From: an uncultured delta proteobacterium
Lineage (GTDB): Bacteria; Desulfobacterota; Binatia; Binatales; Binataceae
Length of the DNA: 64,000 bases
NCBI GenBank assembly: GCA_963842085.1
Contig: CAWJET010000001.1
Coordinates: 2,560,001-2,624,000 of the forward strand
Direction of reading: 5' to 3'
A program made the position numbers and the translations under genes. The notes under the pieces are model-generated. The model was given only the letters and a program-made list of their open reading frames with translations. It searched no databases and had not been told where the DNA came from. How positions within the stretch are numbered: the stretch's first letter is position 1; every line of letters starts with the position of its first letter. Shown here one piece after another: positions 44,527-54,594 of this stretch.

Positions 44527-45921
44527 CTATCGGGAGGCGCCGCGCGAATCAAATCGTCGACTGGCTTCGACCCCCGTTCTGCGCAAACGGTTGTAGGTGC
44601 GGCTTCCTGTCACACAAATCACCAGCCAGCACCCCCCAAGCGCGAATCCCCCGATGATCGCGCTCAGCGCCAATCCCGAATAAATACCCGCCAATGCTAT
44701 CAGCGCCACGATATAGAGCGCTCCCACCACGCTTAGCGTTTGCAGACGCCAGCTCCCGGTCTCGGCCGCAAGCATGTAACTGACCATCCCATAGGCCGCG
44801 GTCGACGCGGTCAGGGCGGCACTGGGAAAGCCTGCAAATCCGTTTACCAGCACCGGTTGGGGTTGATGGGCGTAGAGCTTCGCAAACATCGCTTGCAGGC
44901 TGTAGGCGAGCACATATGCGCCGCCGAGAAACAGCACGGCCCCGATTGACAGACTCGCGTCACGGCGGCGCGCGTAGCTGATTGCTCCAGCTCCCACGAC
45001 GAAGACCAACCAGAGCGGATTGGCCAGCATGGCAACCACGCTCACGGCTGAGTCGAGGCGCGCAGTGCGTTGAGCGGCGACGAACATCGCCACCGTTCTG
45101 TCCAACCCGCCCAACGGACCTTGCTCGGAGATGGCATCCACGATGCCACCGAAGAGCCACGCCAGCGCTACCAACGCAATCAAACCCGCCGTCAGATGAA
45201 GCCCAAGATAACCGCGCGGCGAGAAGCGGGCGCGGACGAAATCCACAAACGGCGTCAGGTCGAAGCCATAGCGCCCGGTTAGATGTCGATTCCATGCGGC
45301 GATGATCTCGGGTTGGCGCCGGGCAATCGAGCGCCACAGGCCGGCCATCATGGCGGTCAGGATCGCTACCGCAACAATTCCCGCGCTGAGCGACCTGAGC
45401 CATTTCTCGACCAGTCTCCAGTCAGAACCCAGCATGTAGCCAAGGCCGACCGCGACCGCGGCCCACAGCATCCCTCCGATTACCACGATCGGCGCGAAGT
45501 TGCGGATTCGCATCCCGGACAGGCCTGCCGCGAACGGAACGAAAGCGCGCCCCACCGCGACGAAGCGGCCGACCAACACCGTCGCGCCACCGAAGTGCTC
45601 GAAATAGTATTCGAGGCGCTCGCGATGCTTCTCATATTGCAGTTGCGCGAATGCCCATCGCGTCAACACGACCTGCCCTTTTGTGTGACCGATCGTATAT
45701 CCCGTCAGGTCGCCAATCATCGCGGCGATTGCCACGACTGCGAATGCTGTCCACGGTGAGAAGAAATTATCGGCGGCCATGGCGCCCGCAATCAGCGCCA
45801 TCATCTCGCCGGGGAAAATCAACCCTAAACCGGCCGACGACTCCAGCACGATCACGATAAAGACTACGAGCAGCGACCAGGGCCCGGCCCGACCAAGGAA
45901 GCTTGCAACCGCGGCGATCAT
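44527..45921 (-). CDS. DedA/VTT-domain membrane protein fused to a degenerate PAP2-like domain
   Basis: LESSAGLGLIFPGE, GDLTGYTIG, GRFVAVGRAFVPFAAG. The C-half has GFPSA in place of SFPSGH. Confidence 0.85.
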   Translation of the reverse strand: MIAAVASFLGRAGPWSLLVVFIVIVLESSAGLGLIFPGEMMALIAGAMAADNFFSPWTAFAVVAIAAMIGDLTGYTIGHTKGQVVLTRWAFAQLQYEKHRERLEYYFEHFGGATVLVGRFVAVGRAFVPFAAGLSGMRIRNFAPIVVIGGMLWAAVAVGLGYMLGSDWRLVEKWLRSLSAGIVAVAILTAMMAGLWRSIARRQPEIIAAWNRHLTGRYGFDLTPFVDFVRARFSPRGYLGLHLTAGLIALVALAWLFGGIVDAISEQGPLGGLDRTVAMFVAAQRTARLDSAVSVVAMLANPLWLVFVVGAGAISYARRRDASLSIGAVLFLGGAYVLAYSLQAMFAKLYAHQPQPVLVNGFAGFPSAALTASTAAYGMVSYMLAAETGSWRLQTLSVVGALYIVALIALAGIYSGLALSAIIGGFALGGCWLVICVTGSRTYNRLRRTGVEASRRFDSRGASR

Positions 45922-46044
45922 CGATCGTAGTTAAACATGAAGCGGCCGAATAACTCACGCGATCGTGGGTTGCGCAGGTGCGGCGCGACTGAAACAATGC
46001 ATCGGTTGCCGCCCGATCCATCGTGGCGGCCTCTGCACCTGCCG

Positions 46045-47097
46045 ATGCGCCGCCTCGAGACATTCTTCATCGTTATAGCGATCGCGTTTTACGCCTGGTT
46101 CCTGACCCATTACGGGCCGCGGCAGGTGATTGGCTACGTGCGAATGGCGGGATGGGGCCTGGCGCTGACGATTTCGCTGGAGGCGCTCGCGCGAATCGCA
46201 AACACGCTCGGCTGGCGGGTGACGATTGAGCACTATCCGCCGCACCTCAGGTTCATCGAGTTGTTTGCGGCGCGAATTGGCGGCGAGGCGGTCGACTACG
46301 TGACGCCGTCGGCGCAGCTCGGCGGGCAGATCGTGATGGCGGTGGATGTGCGCGAGAAGTTGCGCATGCCGGTGGGGCTGGCGACGGTAGTCGTCGCGGC
46401 GCTGGCCGAAGCGGTCGGGCAGATCGTGTTTCTTTCGAGCGCGCTGGTGATTTCGCTGCGCCTGATACCGGTGGCGGCCAAACTCTACTGGACGATAGTG
46501 GGCGGGTTCGCGCTGGCGGTGGCGCTGGCGGGCGGGTTCTTTTTCGTGCAGATGAAGCGGCCGTTTTCTCATCTGTGGCGTGCCGCGACCAGGTTGGATA
46601 TAGCGCGAATCAACACCGAGGAAATCCGCGAGTCGGCCGAGGACGCCGACGCGATGCTGCTCGACTTTTACGCGCGCCATCGCCTCCGGCTTGCCGCGTC
46701 GTGCCTGTGCTATGCGGTCGCGTGGAGTCTGGGGCCGCTCGAAATTTATATCCTGCTGCGGCTGCTACATCAGGCGGCGTCGCTGCAGACGGCGCTGCTG
46801 GTCGAGGCGGTCGGGCTGCTGATCGAACGCGCGACCTTTCTGATTCCAGCCAAGCTGGTAAGCCAGGAGGGCGGCAAGGCGCTGATCCTGGGACTGCTCG
46901 GTTATCCGCCGGGAATCGGCTTCGCGGCGGGGTTTCTGCGCCGGATCAAGGAAATGGTATGGGTGTTGTTCGGGCTGGTGGCCCTGATGATACATCGGAT
47001 GGTCGTGGAGCAGCGCGGCGATATGACGGGCGCCGCGGTTGCCGGGCGCGACTCTGTGATGAAAATGCAACGAGCACAAGGAGAGCAATCGCTATGA
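46045..47097 (+). CDS. Lysylphosphatidylglycerol-synthase TM-domain (UPF0104, flippase-like) protein
   Basis: Multi-TM with ARIGGEAVDYVTPSAQLGG, FLIPAKLVSQEGG and RRIKE. Confidence 0.8.
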   Translation: MRRLETFFIVIAIAFYAWFLTHYGPRQVIGYVRMAGWGLALTISLEALARIANTLGWRVTIEHYPPHLRFIELFAARIGGEAVDYVTPSAQLGGQIVMAVDVREKLRMPVGLATVVVAALAEAVGQIVFLSSALVISLRLIPVAAKLYWTIVGGFALAVALAGGFFFVQMKRPFSHLWRAATRLDIARINTEEIRESAEDADAMLLDFYARHRLRLAASCLCYAVAWSLGPLEIYILLRLLHQAASLQTALLVEAVGLLIERATFLIPAKLVSQEGGKALILGLLGYPPGIGFAAGFLRRIKEMVWVLFGLVALMIHRMVVEQRGDMTGAAVAGRDSVMKMQRAQGEQSL

Positions 47098-47894
47098 AGA
47101 AATTAACCGCCTTGGTTGCGGGAATGACGCTCGCAATGACCGCGCTGCCCGCGGCCGCCGGGGTCGTCATCACGCAGAAGCAGCACGTGACGAGTGGAAC
47201 CAACTCTCGCGACGCCGAGCAAACGATTTACGTTCAGGACAACAAGCAGAAGATGGTGACTGAGCGTCACACGATTATCACTGACCTCGACAAGGGCATG
47301 ATGTACGTGCTCGATCCGAAGACGAAGAGTTACTTCGAGATAGAGTTTCCGCCCAAGGGCCAAATGGCCGCGATGATGGCGGCGAGCACGAACGCCGCGA
47401 TGAACTTCAAGAAGGCCGGAACCACGCACGAGGTCGCCGGCTACAAGTGCGCCGACTATAACGGCGGCGGGCACATGATGGCGGGCGATTATACGGTCAA
47501 GGAATGCTTCTCGACCGACGCGCCTGGCGCCGAGGAGTATGCGGCGTTCGAGAAAAAGATGGCTGATGCGCTCAAGGGCGCAGCCACCGGTCAGTCCAAC
47601 GGCGAGATTCCGGGCGGAGTCCCACTCGCGCTGGATTCGTCGATGAAGATGGGGAACGTCAACATTCCGGGGATGGCGCCGGAGCAGGCGGCCAAGATTA
47701 ACGAAATGATGGCGAAGCGCCCGCCGGTCGTGACCAAAACGATGGTCGAGAAGATCGAATCGAAGAAGCTGGCGGCCAGCGATTTCACGGTTCCCGAGGG
47801 CTACACCAAGCGCGAACTGCCGGGACCGAGCTCGATGCGGATGCCGCCAATGAAGATGGCGCCAGGGGCTGGCGCGTCGCCGGCAGCACATTAG
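47094..47894 (+). CDS. Secreted DUF4412-like protein
   Basis: AAGGAG RBS, signal peptide MKKLTALVAGMTLAMTALPAAA, IITDLDKG, VAGYKC, DFTVPEGY. Confidence 0.75.
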   Translation: MKKLTALVAGMTLAMTALPAAAGVVITQKQHVTSGTNSRDAEQTIYVQDNKQKMVTERHTIITDLDKGMMYVLDPKTKSYFEIEFPPKGQMAAMMAASTNAAMNFKKAGTTHEVAGYKCADYNGGGHMMAGDYTVKECFSTDAPGAEEYAAFEKKMADALKGAATGQSNGEIPGGVPLALDSSMKMGNVNIPGMAPEQAAKINEMMAKRPPVVTKTMVEKIESKKLAASDFTVPEGYTKRELPGPSSMRMPPMKMAPGAGASPAAH

Positions 47895-48003
47895 GGCGTC
47901 CAGCGGCGATTCGCGCATTCATGCGAGCGTCGCGCGGAGTAGAAGATAAAACAAGAGCGGGGTCCATCGGGGCCCCGCTCGTCGTTTCAGCTCGGCGCGA
48001 AAA

Positions 48004-48645
48004 CTACATCGCCTTTGACGCCGACGACTGCTGTTTGGGTGCGTTAAGCGCGGCGCACGCATCCCAGATCCACTTCGCGGTCGAGAGCTCGTCTTCGGCA
48101 AACAACCGCAATGCTTCCTTGGTCGAGAGATCTTGCTTCAGCAGCTCCGCGAACTCGCAGATGGGTTTGATCGCATCCTCAGGCTTGCCCACGTCCTTGG
48201 TGAAGCGAAGCAGTTTTTCGTTGTCGGCAATCGACGGGTTGCCGAAATAGGCAGTCAACTTGCGGCCGTCTTCGGTGGTCGTCGCGCGCGTCTCGCCGCC
48301 GAGTTCCGCCAGGCGCTGCGCAAAAATCCGCGAATGATAGGCTTCGCGCTCGGCCACCATCCGAATGCCGGTGCGGATGCAATCGGTGGTGCAGACTTCC
48401 GCCCATGCCGCGAATGCTTCGCCGCCGTTGGCCTCGCCCGCGCGAACCTTGTCGAGAAAACTGACGACTGCCGCGCGTTCGGATTTGTAAGTACGGCCAA
48501 ACGCCTTGAAACCGCCGCTGGCATTGCCGTTGGTCGTCGGCGTGCCGGCTTCGAGCCACGCCATCTCGGCCTCGAAAGTTGACTGCGAAATAATCCCGCT
48601 GCGATAGGCTCGCAGCAGTTGTTTGAATTCAAAATCGCGGCTCAT
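48004..48645 (-). CDS. Ferritin-like hypothetical protein with a short N-terminal SHOCT-like segment
   Basis: GGAGG RBS, LLRAYRSGIISQSTFE, and helical E/ExxH pattern (AGEANG, EREAYH, AEDELST). Confidence 0.65.
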   Translation of the reverse strand: MSRDFEFKQLLRAYRSGIISQSTFEAEMAWLEAGTPTTNGNASGGFKAFGRTYKSERAAVVSFLDKVRAGEANGGEAFAAWAEVCTTDCIRTGIRMVAEREAYHSRIFAQRLAELGGETRATTTEDGRKLTAYFGNPSIADNEKLLRFTKDVGKPEDAIKPICEFAELLKQDLSTKEALRLFAEDELSTAKWIWDACAALNAPKQQSSASKAM

Positions 48646-48680
48646 CGGGTGTACCTCCAGCTTGCTTGGACGCGTTTCCT

Positions 48681-48698
48681 ACTAAACGAGCGTTCAGT
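48681..48698. promoter_or_regulatory. Palindromic operator-like site (TetR-type)
   Basis: ACTAAACGAGCGTTCAGT, a near-perfect palindrome between divergent genes. Confidence 0.5.
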
Positions 48699-48853
48699 GG
48701 TCGAGACCGAAAGCATAAGGCGGCGTTCGCGGAATTGTCAAATTGCGGGTTGTGCCGGCTCTGAGTGCTGGCATCGATGCGAATATTGCCGCATGATTCG
48801 CGATGCCGCGGCTTTGCGAGGGACTCGCGCCGCAGTCATTCGAGGGACTGGCG

Positions 48854-49813
48854 ATGGGCGGATTCAAGCGCAGTTTCGTGCGGACCAACGCGATCATAAT
48901 GCACGTGGTGGAGAGTGGGGAGGGCTTCCCGGTTGTGTTTTGTCACGGCTTTCCCGAGATGTGGTACTCGTGGCGGCATCAGATGAAGGCGCTGGCCGAG
49001 GCCGGCTTCCGCGCGATCGCGCCCGACCAGCGCGGCTACGGCGAGACCTCCACTCCGGTGCGGATCGACGCATACACGCAGCGCAAACTGGTCGGCGACA
49101 TCGTCGGCATGCTCGACGTGTTCAGAATCGACAAATGCGTGATCGTGGGGCACGATTGGGGCGGTATGGTCGCGTGGAATACGGCGATGCTGGCGCCCGA
49201 CCGCGTCGAGCGCGTGATCGGCATCAACACGCCGTTCATCCCGCGCTCCCCGATCAAGCCAACCGATGCGATGCGCGCGATGGCGGCCGGCGGCTTCCAC
49301 TACATTCTCTATTTTCAAACGCCCGCGGCGAGAGCGGAACTCGAGCGCGACGTGGCGCGATCGCTCCGTGCTTTTTTCCAGGATCCGCCCGAAGTCGATC
49401 CAGCCGAGCTTCGCAAGGCGCCGCCGGGAGTGTTCGGACGCGCAGGCGGCGGACTGCTGGAACGATTCGCGGATCGCCCGCATGGGAAATTTCTCACCGA
49501 CGAGGACTTCGAGGTCTTCGTGCGCGCGTTCAAGAAGAGCGGCTTTCGCGGCGGCCTGAACTGGTATCGATGCATCGATCGCAACTGGGAGGAAAGCGCG
49601 GGCCAGATCGATCGCGTCGAGCAGCCGGCGCTGATGATCACCGCCGAGCTCGACGTCGTGCTGCGTCCCGAGATGGCCGAGGGAATGAAGACGTGGGTGC
49701 CGAACCTGCGCAAGACGGTGCTGATCAACGGCTCGGGCCATTGGACGCAGCAGGAGAAGCCGGCCGAGGTGAACGCGGCGATTCTGGATTTTATTTCCGA
49801 TATGAAAAAGTAG
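48854..49813 (+). CDS. Epoxide hydrolase-like alpha/beta hydrolase
   Basis: HGFPEMWYSWRHQ, GHDWGG, YILYFQ, LNWYR, GHWTQQE. Confidence 0.92.
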   Translation: MGGFKRSFVRTNAIIMHVVESGEGFPVVFCHGFPEMWYSWRHQMKALAEAGFRAIAPDQRGYGETSTPVRIDAYTQRKLVGDIVGMLDVFRIDKCVIVGHDWGGMVAWNTAMLAPDRVERVIGINTPFIPRSPIKPTDAMRAMAAGGFHYILYFQTPAARAELERDVARSLRAFFQDPPEVDPAELRKAPPGVFGRAGGGLLERFADRPHGKFLTDEDFEVFVRAFKKSGFRGGLNWYRCIDRNWEESAGQIDRVEQPALMITAELDVVLRPEMAEGMKTWVPNLRKTVLINGSGHWTQQEKPAEVNAAILDFISDMKK

Positions 49814-49816
49814 CCT

Positions 49817-50662
49817 CTACTCGAGCGGCGGCGGAGAAACGCGCTCGCCGTTTTTCAGAATCAGGTACTGGCGATCGGGCGCGTCGCAGGCGGTGTCGGT
49901 CTGCACGACTCGCGCGCCGTCGGGCGCGTACTGCAGAATGTACGACTTGCGCACGCCGGTGGTGAGGTTGGGGCCGGTGCGATGCGGCATCAGCGACGAG
50001 AATACGACGACGCTGCCCTCGCGGACCGGAACGGCGAGCGCCTCCGGGCCGTCCTCCTCTCGACATACATAGCCGAGCTTCGACAGGCGATGCGCGAGCG
50101 TCCCGCGCAGATGGCCACCCGCAATCACCCACGGGCAACCGTTGTCGAGCGTCGCGTCGTTCAGAGCGACCCAGCAGGTCAGGTACGCCTGCGGTTCGAT
50201 GTAGGTGTAGCCGTTGTCCTGATGCCACGGGAACGGCTTCGGATACTCGGGCTTCTTGTACACGGCCTGGTCCCAGTAAAGGCGCACGTCGGGGCCGATG
50301 AGATCGTGGCATAAATCCTGGAAGACGCGGCTCGCCGAGAACTCGCGGCATACAGCGGAAAGTCGGACGAGATGCACGGTGAAGCTGATTCCGTCGGCCT
50401 GCGCGATGAACATCCGGCCGTCGGGACGCGAGCGCAAGAACTCTTCAGTCTTCGCCTCGAAGGGATCGATCGCATCGCGCACGCGCTCGATGTCCGCGGG
50501 ATCGAGCGCATTTTCGAGCACGAAGAAGCCGCGCTCGTTGAATGATTGCGCTTGCGCGTCAGTGATCAGGCGAAACGGCCCGCGCACCGGCGTCCAGGTG
50601 AATCCGTGATTCAGCGGATGCAGCGCAGGGGCGGCGGTGTTAGTTGATGCGAGTGAGCTCAC
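49817..50662 (-). CDS. Phytanoyl-CoA dioxygenase (PhyH) family Fe(II)/2OG enzyme
   Basis: FPWHQDNGY (HxD), CWVALNDATLDNGC, PHRTGPN..R. Confidence 0.9.
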   Translation of the reverse strand: MSSLASTNTAAPALHPLNHGFTWTPVRGPFRLITDAQAQSFNERGFFVLENALDPADIERVRDAIDPFEAKTEEFLRSRPDGRMFIAQADGISFTVHLVRLSAVCREFSASRVFQDLCHDLIGPDVRLYWDQAVYKKPEYPKPFPWHQDNGYTYIEPQAYLTCWVALNDATLDNGCPWVIAGGHLRGTLAHRLSKLGYVCREEDGPEALAVPVREGSVVVFSSLMPHRTGPNLTTGVRKSYILQYAPDGARVVQTDTACDAPDRQYLILKNGERVSPPPLE

Positions 50663-50828
50663 GTTCCTCAGCCAGCGTGCGATTCGCAGCCAGGACGAGC
50701 GCGACTGCTTCTTTCAGATTTGCGCGAGTCTCACCCAGCGTACGCCCTTGCGTATTTGTTCCGGGTAGTTCCTCGACAAATCCTACATATCCGCCTCGAA
50801 CCTTTTTGAATACCGCAGTCAGTTTCAT
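50640..50828 (-). CDS. HicB-like antitoxin domain protein (no HicA adjacent)
   Basis: MKLTAVF..GYVGFVEELPGTNTQGRTLGETRANLKEAVALVL. Confidence 0.8.
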   Translation of the reverse strand: MKLTAVFKKVRGGYVGFVEELPGTNTQGRTLGETRANLKEAVALVLAANRTLAEERELTRIN

Positions 50829-50871
50829 TCTTCGGCCTCGAGCGAGCGCTCGGCATCATATCAGGTCTGAG

Positions 50872-52983
50872 TCACTTTGTGTTGACGCCGGTGGATTCGG
50901 CGACCAGTTCCGCGAGGTCGCGCACGCGCATTGTCTCTTCGAGCGAGCGCGACTTCACTGCGTCTTCCATCATCGTCATGCAGAACGGGCATCCGACCGC
51001 GACGCACTTCGGCTTGGCTTCCTGCAATTGATCGAAGCGCTTCTGATTGATTCGCGTGCCCTCGTGTTCCTCTTTCCAGAAACATCCGCCGCCTGCGCCG
51101 CAGCAGAACGTGCGATTCTTCGATTGCTCGACCTCCGCCACTTCGGCGCCGGGAATCGCGCCGAGTGCGCTGCGAGCGCTGTCCCATTTGCGATTGTGCC
51201 GCGCCATGTAGCATGGGTCGTGATAGGTGATGCGCTCGCTGATCTTGCCGCGCGGCTTCAGACGTCCCGCCTGGATTAGCTCGTCAATAAACTCCGCTTC
51301 GTGCAACACAGTATAGTTGCCGCCGAAGTCTGGATACTCATTCTTCAAATTATGAAAGCAATGCGGGCATTGAGTGACTATTCGCCGCGGCTTGTAGCGA
51401 TTGAGCGTCTCGACATTTTGCGCGGCGACGGTTGCATACAGGTATTCGTTGCCGAGCCGGCGGGCCGGGTCGCCGGTGCAGGTCTCCTCACGCCCGAGGA
51501 TCGCGAACTTGACGCCGGCTTGCTTCATCAAGCCCGAGAACGACTTGCTGACGCGCTGATTGCGCTCGTCGTACGAGCCGGCGCATCCCACCCAATACAG
51601 CACGTCGAGCTCTGACGGATCTTCGAGCTCGGCGATCTCAGGAATCGCGAGTCCCTGCGCCCATTCGGCGCGCTTTTCCTGCGCGAGTCCCCACGGATTT
51701 CCCTGGTTCTCGATTCCCTTGAACGCTCCCGTCAGCTCGGTCGGGAATCTAGACTCCATCAGTACGTCGTAGCGCCGCATATCGACGATTCGCTGAATGT
51801 GCTCGATGCCGACCGGGCATCCTTCTTCGCACCATCCGCACGAGGTGCATCCCCACACCGCTTCTTCGGTCGCGACCTGCGTGATCATGTCGGGTCCGTT
51901 CCACGCGGGCGCCGCGGCGCTTTGGTTGTCGCCGGTCTTGGCGTTGGCCTTGGCCGCGAGCAGGAACGGCGCCTTGTCGAGCAGATGCTCGCGCTGTTCG
52001 ATCACGAGATACTTGGGATTGAGCACCTTGCCGGTGCTGACGGTGGGACAGTTGATCGTGCAGCGGCCGCATTCGAGGCACGAGCCCATGTCGAGGAGTT
52101 GCTTCCAGGTGTATTGCTCGACCTGCGAGACGCCGAACGTCTCGGCGTTTTCGAAGTCCTTGATCGGTGCGAGCCGCCCGCGCGGACCCATGTTGCGGAA
52201 GAAGAGATTCAGCGGGCCGAAGATCAGATGACGCAGCTTGGTGAACGGAAAACAAAACAGAAGCGCGTACACGATCAGCACGTGCACCAGCCACAGCCAT
52301 CGGTGGTACGTCACGCCGGCGCCGAGCGCGCCTTCGATATGACCCACGACCCGTCCAACATATGCCCACTCGGTGAACGCGGGATGCGCGGCGTTGATGC
52401 GCGCGCCCTCGAGCATCAGGCCCGTGAGCGCGGTCAGCACCATCATCGACATCGGGAACCAGTAGCCAAGCCGGTTTTCGAGGTTGTCGCGCATCTTGTC
52501 GGCGGGCGGCTCATTGAGCACGGTGGGTTTGCGAAGAGAGCGCCGCGCACCCTCCATCAGCACGCCCAGGATCAGCAAAAGGAAGAAGGTGTCCATCGCG
52601 GCTTTGAAAATGAGATAGAAGTCGCCGTAGTAGAAGTAGAAGTCGAGGCCGAACAGATCGAACAGGTCGCGCACGTCGCTGTTGATCGCGACGATCGTCG
52701 TGCCGATGAGTAGACCAACGAACGCGACGTAGAACGCGTAATGCATCCAGCCCCAAGTCTCGCGAATCACGTTGCCCTGGCCGAACGAATCGCGCAGCGC
52801 CAGCAGCAGGCGCTCGACCGGATGGTCAAGGCGATCGTCGGACACTCCGAGGCTCACCAGCCGGTACCACCTGATGCCGGCGTAGATGAACGCGGCGATC
52901 AGCAGCCCGAGCAGCCCATACATCAGCACGATGAACGGCACGGGGACGTTCCACAGGATCTGGCGGGTAACTTGCTCGTTCAT
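50872..52983 (-). CDS. Membrane Fe-S oxidoreductase (FadF/HdrD-GlpC-like)
   Basis: TM N-half, CLECGRCTINCP and CTSCGWCEEGCP ferredoxin motifs, and CCG domains (WVGC, CPHC, HDPC, CCGAGG, CPFC). Confidence 0.92.
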   Translation of the reverse strand: MNEQVTRQILWNVPVPFIVLMYGLLGLLIAAFIYAGIRWYRLVSLGVSDDRLDHPVERLLLALRDSFGQGNVIRETWGWMHYAFYVAFVGLLIGTTIVAINSDVRDLFDLFGLDFYFYYGDFYLIFKAAMDTFFLLLILGVLMEGARRSLRKPTVLNEPPADKMRDNLENRLGYWFPMSMMVLTALTGLMLEGARINAAHPAFTEWAYVGRVVGHIEGALGAGVTYHRWLWLVHVLIVYALLFCFPFTKLRHLIFGPLNLFFRNMGPRGRLAPIKDFENAETFGVSQVEQYTWKQLLDMGSCLECGRCTINCPTVSTGKVLNPKYLVIEQREHLLDKAPFLLAAKANAKTGDNQSAAAPAWNGPDMITQVATEEAVWGCTSCGWCEEGCPVGIEHIQRIVDMRRYDVLMESRFPTELTGAFKGIENQGNPWGLAQEKRAEWAQGLAIPEIAELEDPSELDVLYWVGCAGSYDERNQRVSKSFSGLMKQAGVKFAILGREETCTGDPARRLGNEYLYATVAAQNVETLNRYKPRRIVTQCPHCFHNLKNEYPDFGGNYTVLHEAEFIDELIQAGRLKPRGKISERITYHDPCYMARHNRKWDSARSALGAIPGAEVAEVEQSKNRTFCCGAGGGCFWKEEHEGTRINQKRFDQLQEAKPKCVAVGCPFCMTMMEDAVKSRSLEETMRVRDLAELVAESTGVNTK

Positions 52984-53076
52984 TTGCGCTCCGGTGGCGA
53001 GGGTGCCTGTATGAGAGTCTTAAATCAGACGATGGAGGATGAATTCAATCCATCGAGACCGCGAGGCGGCAGCGGT

Positions 53077-54393
53077 CTAAAACCCCAAGACGCGACGACT
53101 CGCCGGGAACTTGGTCGCGAGCTGCTGGGGATAGTTGTCCTTCATTTGCTGCGCCACCTGCTTGAACGCCTCGACGTTCTGGTTGCTCGGCGGCAGCGGG
53201 GCGGGCAAGGTCGTCGACGGCTCGACGATCGCGGTTGGAGCCGGCGGCGCGGGGCGATCGGGCTGCGGCGCTGCTGAATCGAGGATATCGGCGACGCTGC
53301 CAACGAGCGCGTGTCTGTCGACCTCGGGCGAATAGCCGCCGCCCATACCGAACTTTTGCCCGAGAAACTTGAGAATCGAAGTGTGATCGAAGTTTGCGTT
53401 GCAGACCGAACCGGCGGAAACAAATGGCGACACAATCACCGCCGGCACGCGAACTCCAGTCGTCGGGAATGGCGCGTACTGTCCCGCCGGCGGCGTGGTT
53501 TCAACCGGCAATGGCTGCACGTGGTCGAAGAATCCGCCGTGCTCGTCATACGTGACGATCAGAATCGAGTTGTTCCAATGACGGCTGCGCAACAGCGCGC
53601 TGTACACATCGAGCATCAGGCGCTGACCGCCCGTGACCGATGACGGCGAATGATCGTCCGTTCCTTCGGCCTCAGCGTGAGGCGCGTCCGTGTATATGGG
53701 TTCGACGAAAATCACTTGCGGGAAGGTATCGTCGCTTTCCAGCTCCATGTCGGTCGCGAACCGGTCGAACTCGCGGAATTTGTCGCTGGTCGCGATTTCG
53801 GGCAGCCATCGCGGCATGATGCTGAAGAACGGGAAGAAACCCTGGTGATATACACGCCAGCTCACACTATGCGCGTTCAACCAGTCGTAGACGAGCACAT
53901 GATTCGGAAGGACCGGGACGTTGCCGTCAATCAGCGAATATCCCGCCATCGCCATCAGCCGGTTTGGCTGCGTGCTCGCGGGCAGCGGCGAGAACCAATG
54001 GTCGCAAATGCGGAAGTTGCGCGCGAAAAAATCCAGGATCGGAATTTTATCCGGCGTCTGATAGCGCATTACCTCTGAGTCGCCGCTGGCGCTCGCAATA
54101 AACCCGTCGAGCGGAAATCCGTTTGCGCCGACCTGGCCTAGTTGCGTCGCTATGTCGGGGCGCTCGTGCGGCGGATCGGGGATGCGCGGTTCCAGCAGCG
54201 GCCCGGGCTGATACAGAAACCCCTGCCACTTGTTTGCTACCGCATTCAGCCAGGCCTGATCGTCGCGCACGCCGTCGACGTTGATATTGCCGCCGCACGC
54301 GGGCAATCGCAGGTATCCCAGCATGTGATCGAAGGAGCGGTTCTCCATCAGCAAAATGATGACCGTCTGAATCTGCGCGAGGTCCGTTGGCAT
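53077..54393 (-). CDS. Phosphoesterase / non-specific phospholipase C family protein
   Basis: LMENRSFDHMLG, STQPNR, TYDEHGGFFDHV, GVRVPA, FDHTSILK. Confidence 0.9.
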   Translation of the reverse strand: MPTDLAQIQTVIILLMENRSFDHMLGYLRLPACGGNINVDGVRDDQAWLNAVANKWQGFLYQPGPLLEPRIPDPPHERPDIATQLGQVGANGFPLDGFIASASGDSEVMRYQTPDKIPILDFFARNFRICDHWFSPLPASTQPNRLMAMAGYSLIDGNVPVLPNHVLVYDWLNAHSVSWRVYHQGFFPFFSIMPRWLPEIATSDKFREFDRFATDMELESDDTFPQVIFVEPIYTDAPHAEAEGTDDHSPSSVTGGQRLMLDVYSALLRSRHWNNSILIVTYDEHGGFFDHVQPLPVETTPPAGQYAPFPTTGVRVPAVIVSPFVSAGSVCNANFDHTSILKFLGQKFGMGGGYSPEVDRHALVGSVADILDSAAPQPDRPAPPAPTAIVEPSTTLPAPLPPSNQNVEAFKQVAQQMKDNYPQQLATKFPASRRVLGF

Positions 54394-54506
54394 AATATTT
54401 CCCCACTGCGGGAAGGTTTACGAACAGAGAGAGGTTAAGAAAAGGGCGAGCGTTGAGATAGATCCCAGCAACCGGCCCCGCTCACTCCTCGCATGGAGCG
54501 GGCGAG

Positions 54507-54587
54507 GAAGAACTGGTACCGGCTTCGCTGGCGCGAAGCTGTCCGAGATCCTTCCTCAGCTCGCGATGCTCGCATCGTCAGGATGAC
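54507..54587. repeat. REP-like palindromic element, copy 1
   Basis: The 41-bp core GGTACCGGCTTCGCTGGCGCGAAGCTGTCCGAGATCCTTCC (54515-54555) is identical to 56016-56056. The element ends in TCAGGATGAC. Confidence 0.8.
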
Positions 54588-54594
54588 GGATCGG

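Noticed and set aside
46575-47093. 439-aa ORF 46575..47894
   Set aside because: The first part overlaps the upstream gene in another frame. The RBS and signal peptide begin at 47094.
50640-50828. Complete HicAB toxin-antitoxin system
   Set aside because: No HicA-like ORF is adjacent; only a solo HicB-like domain is present.
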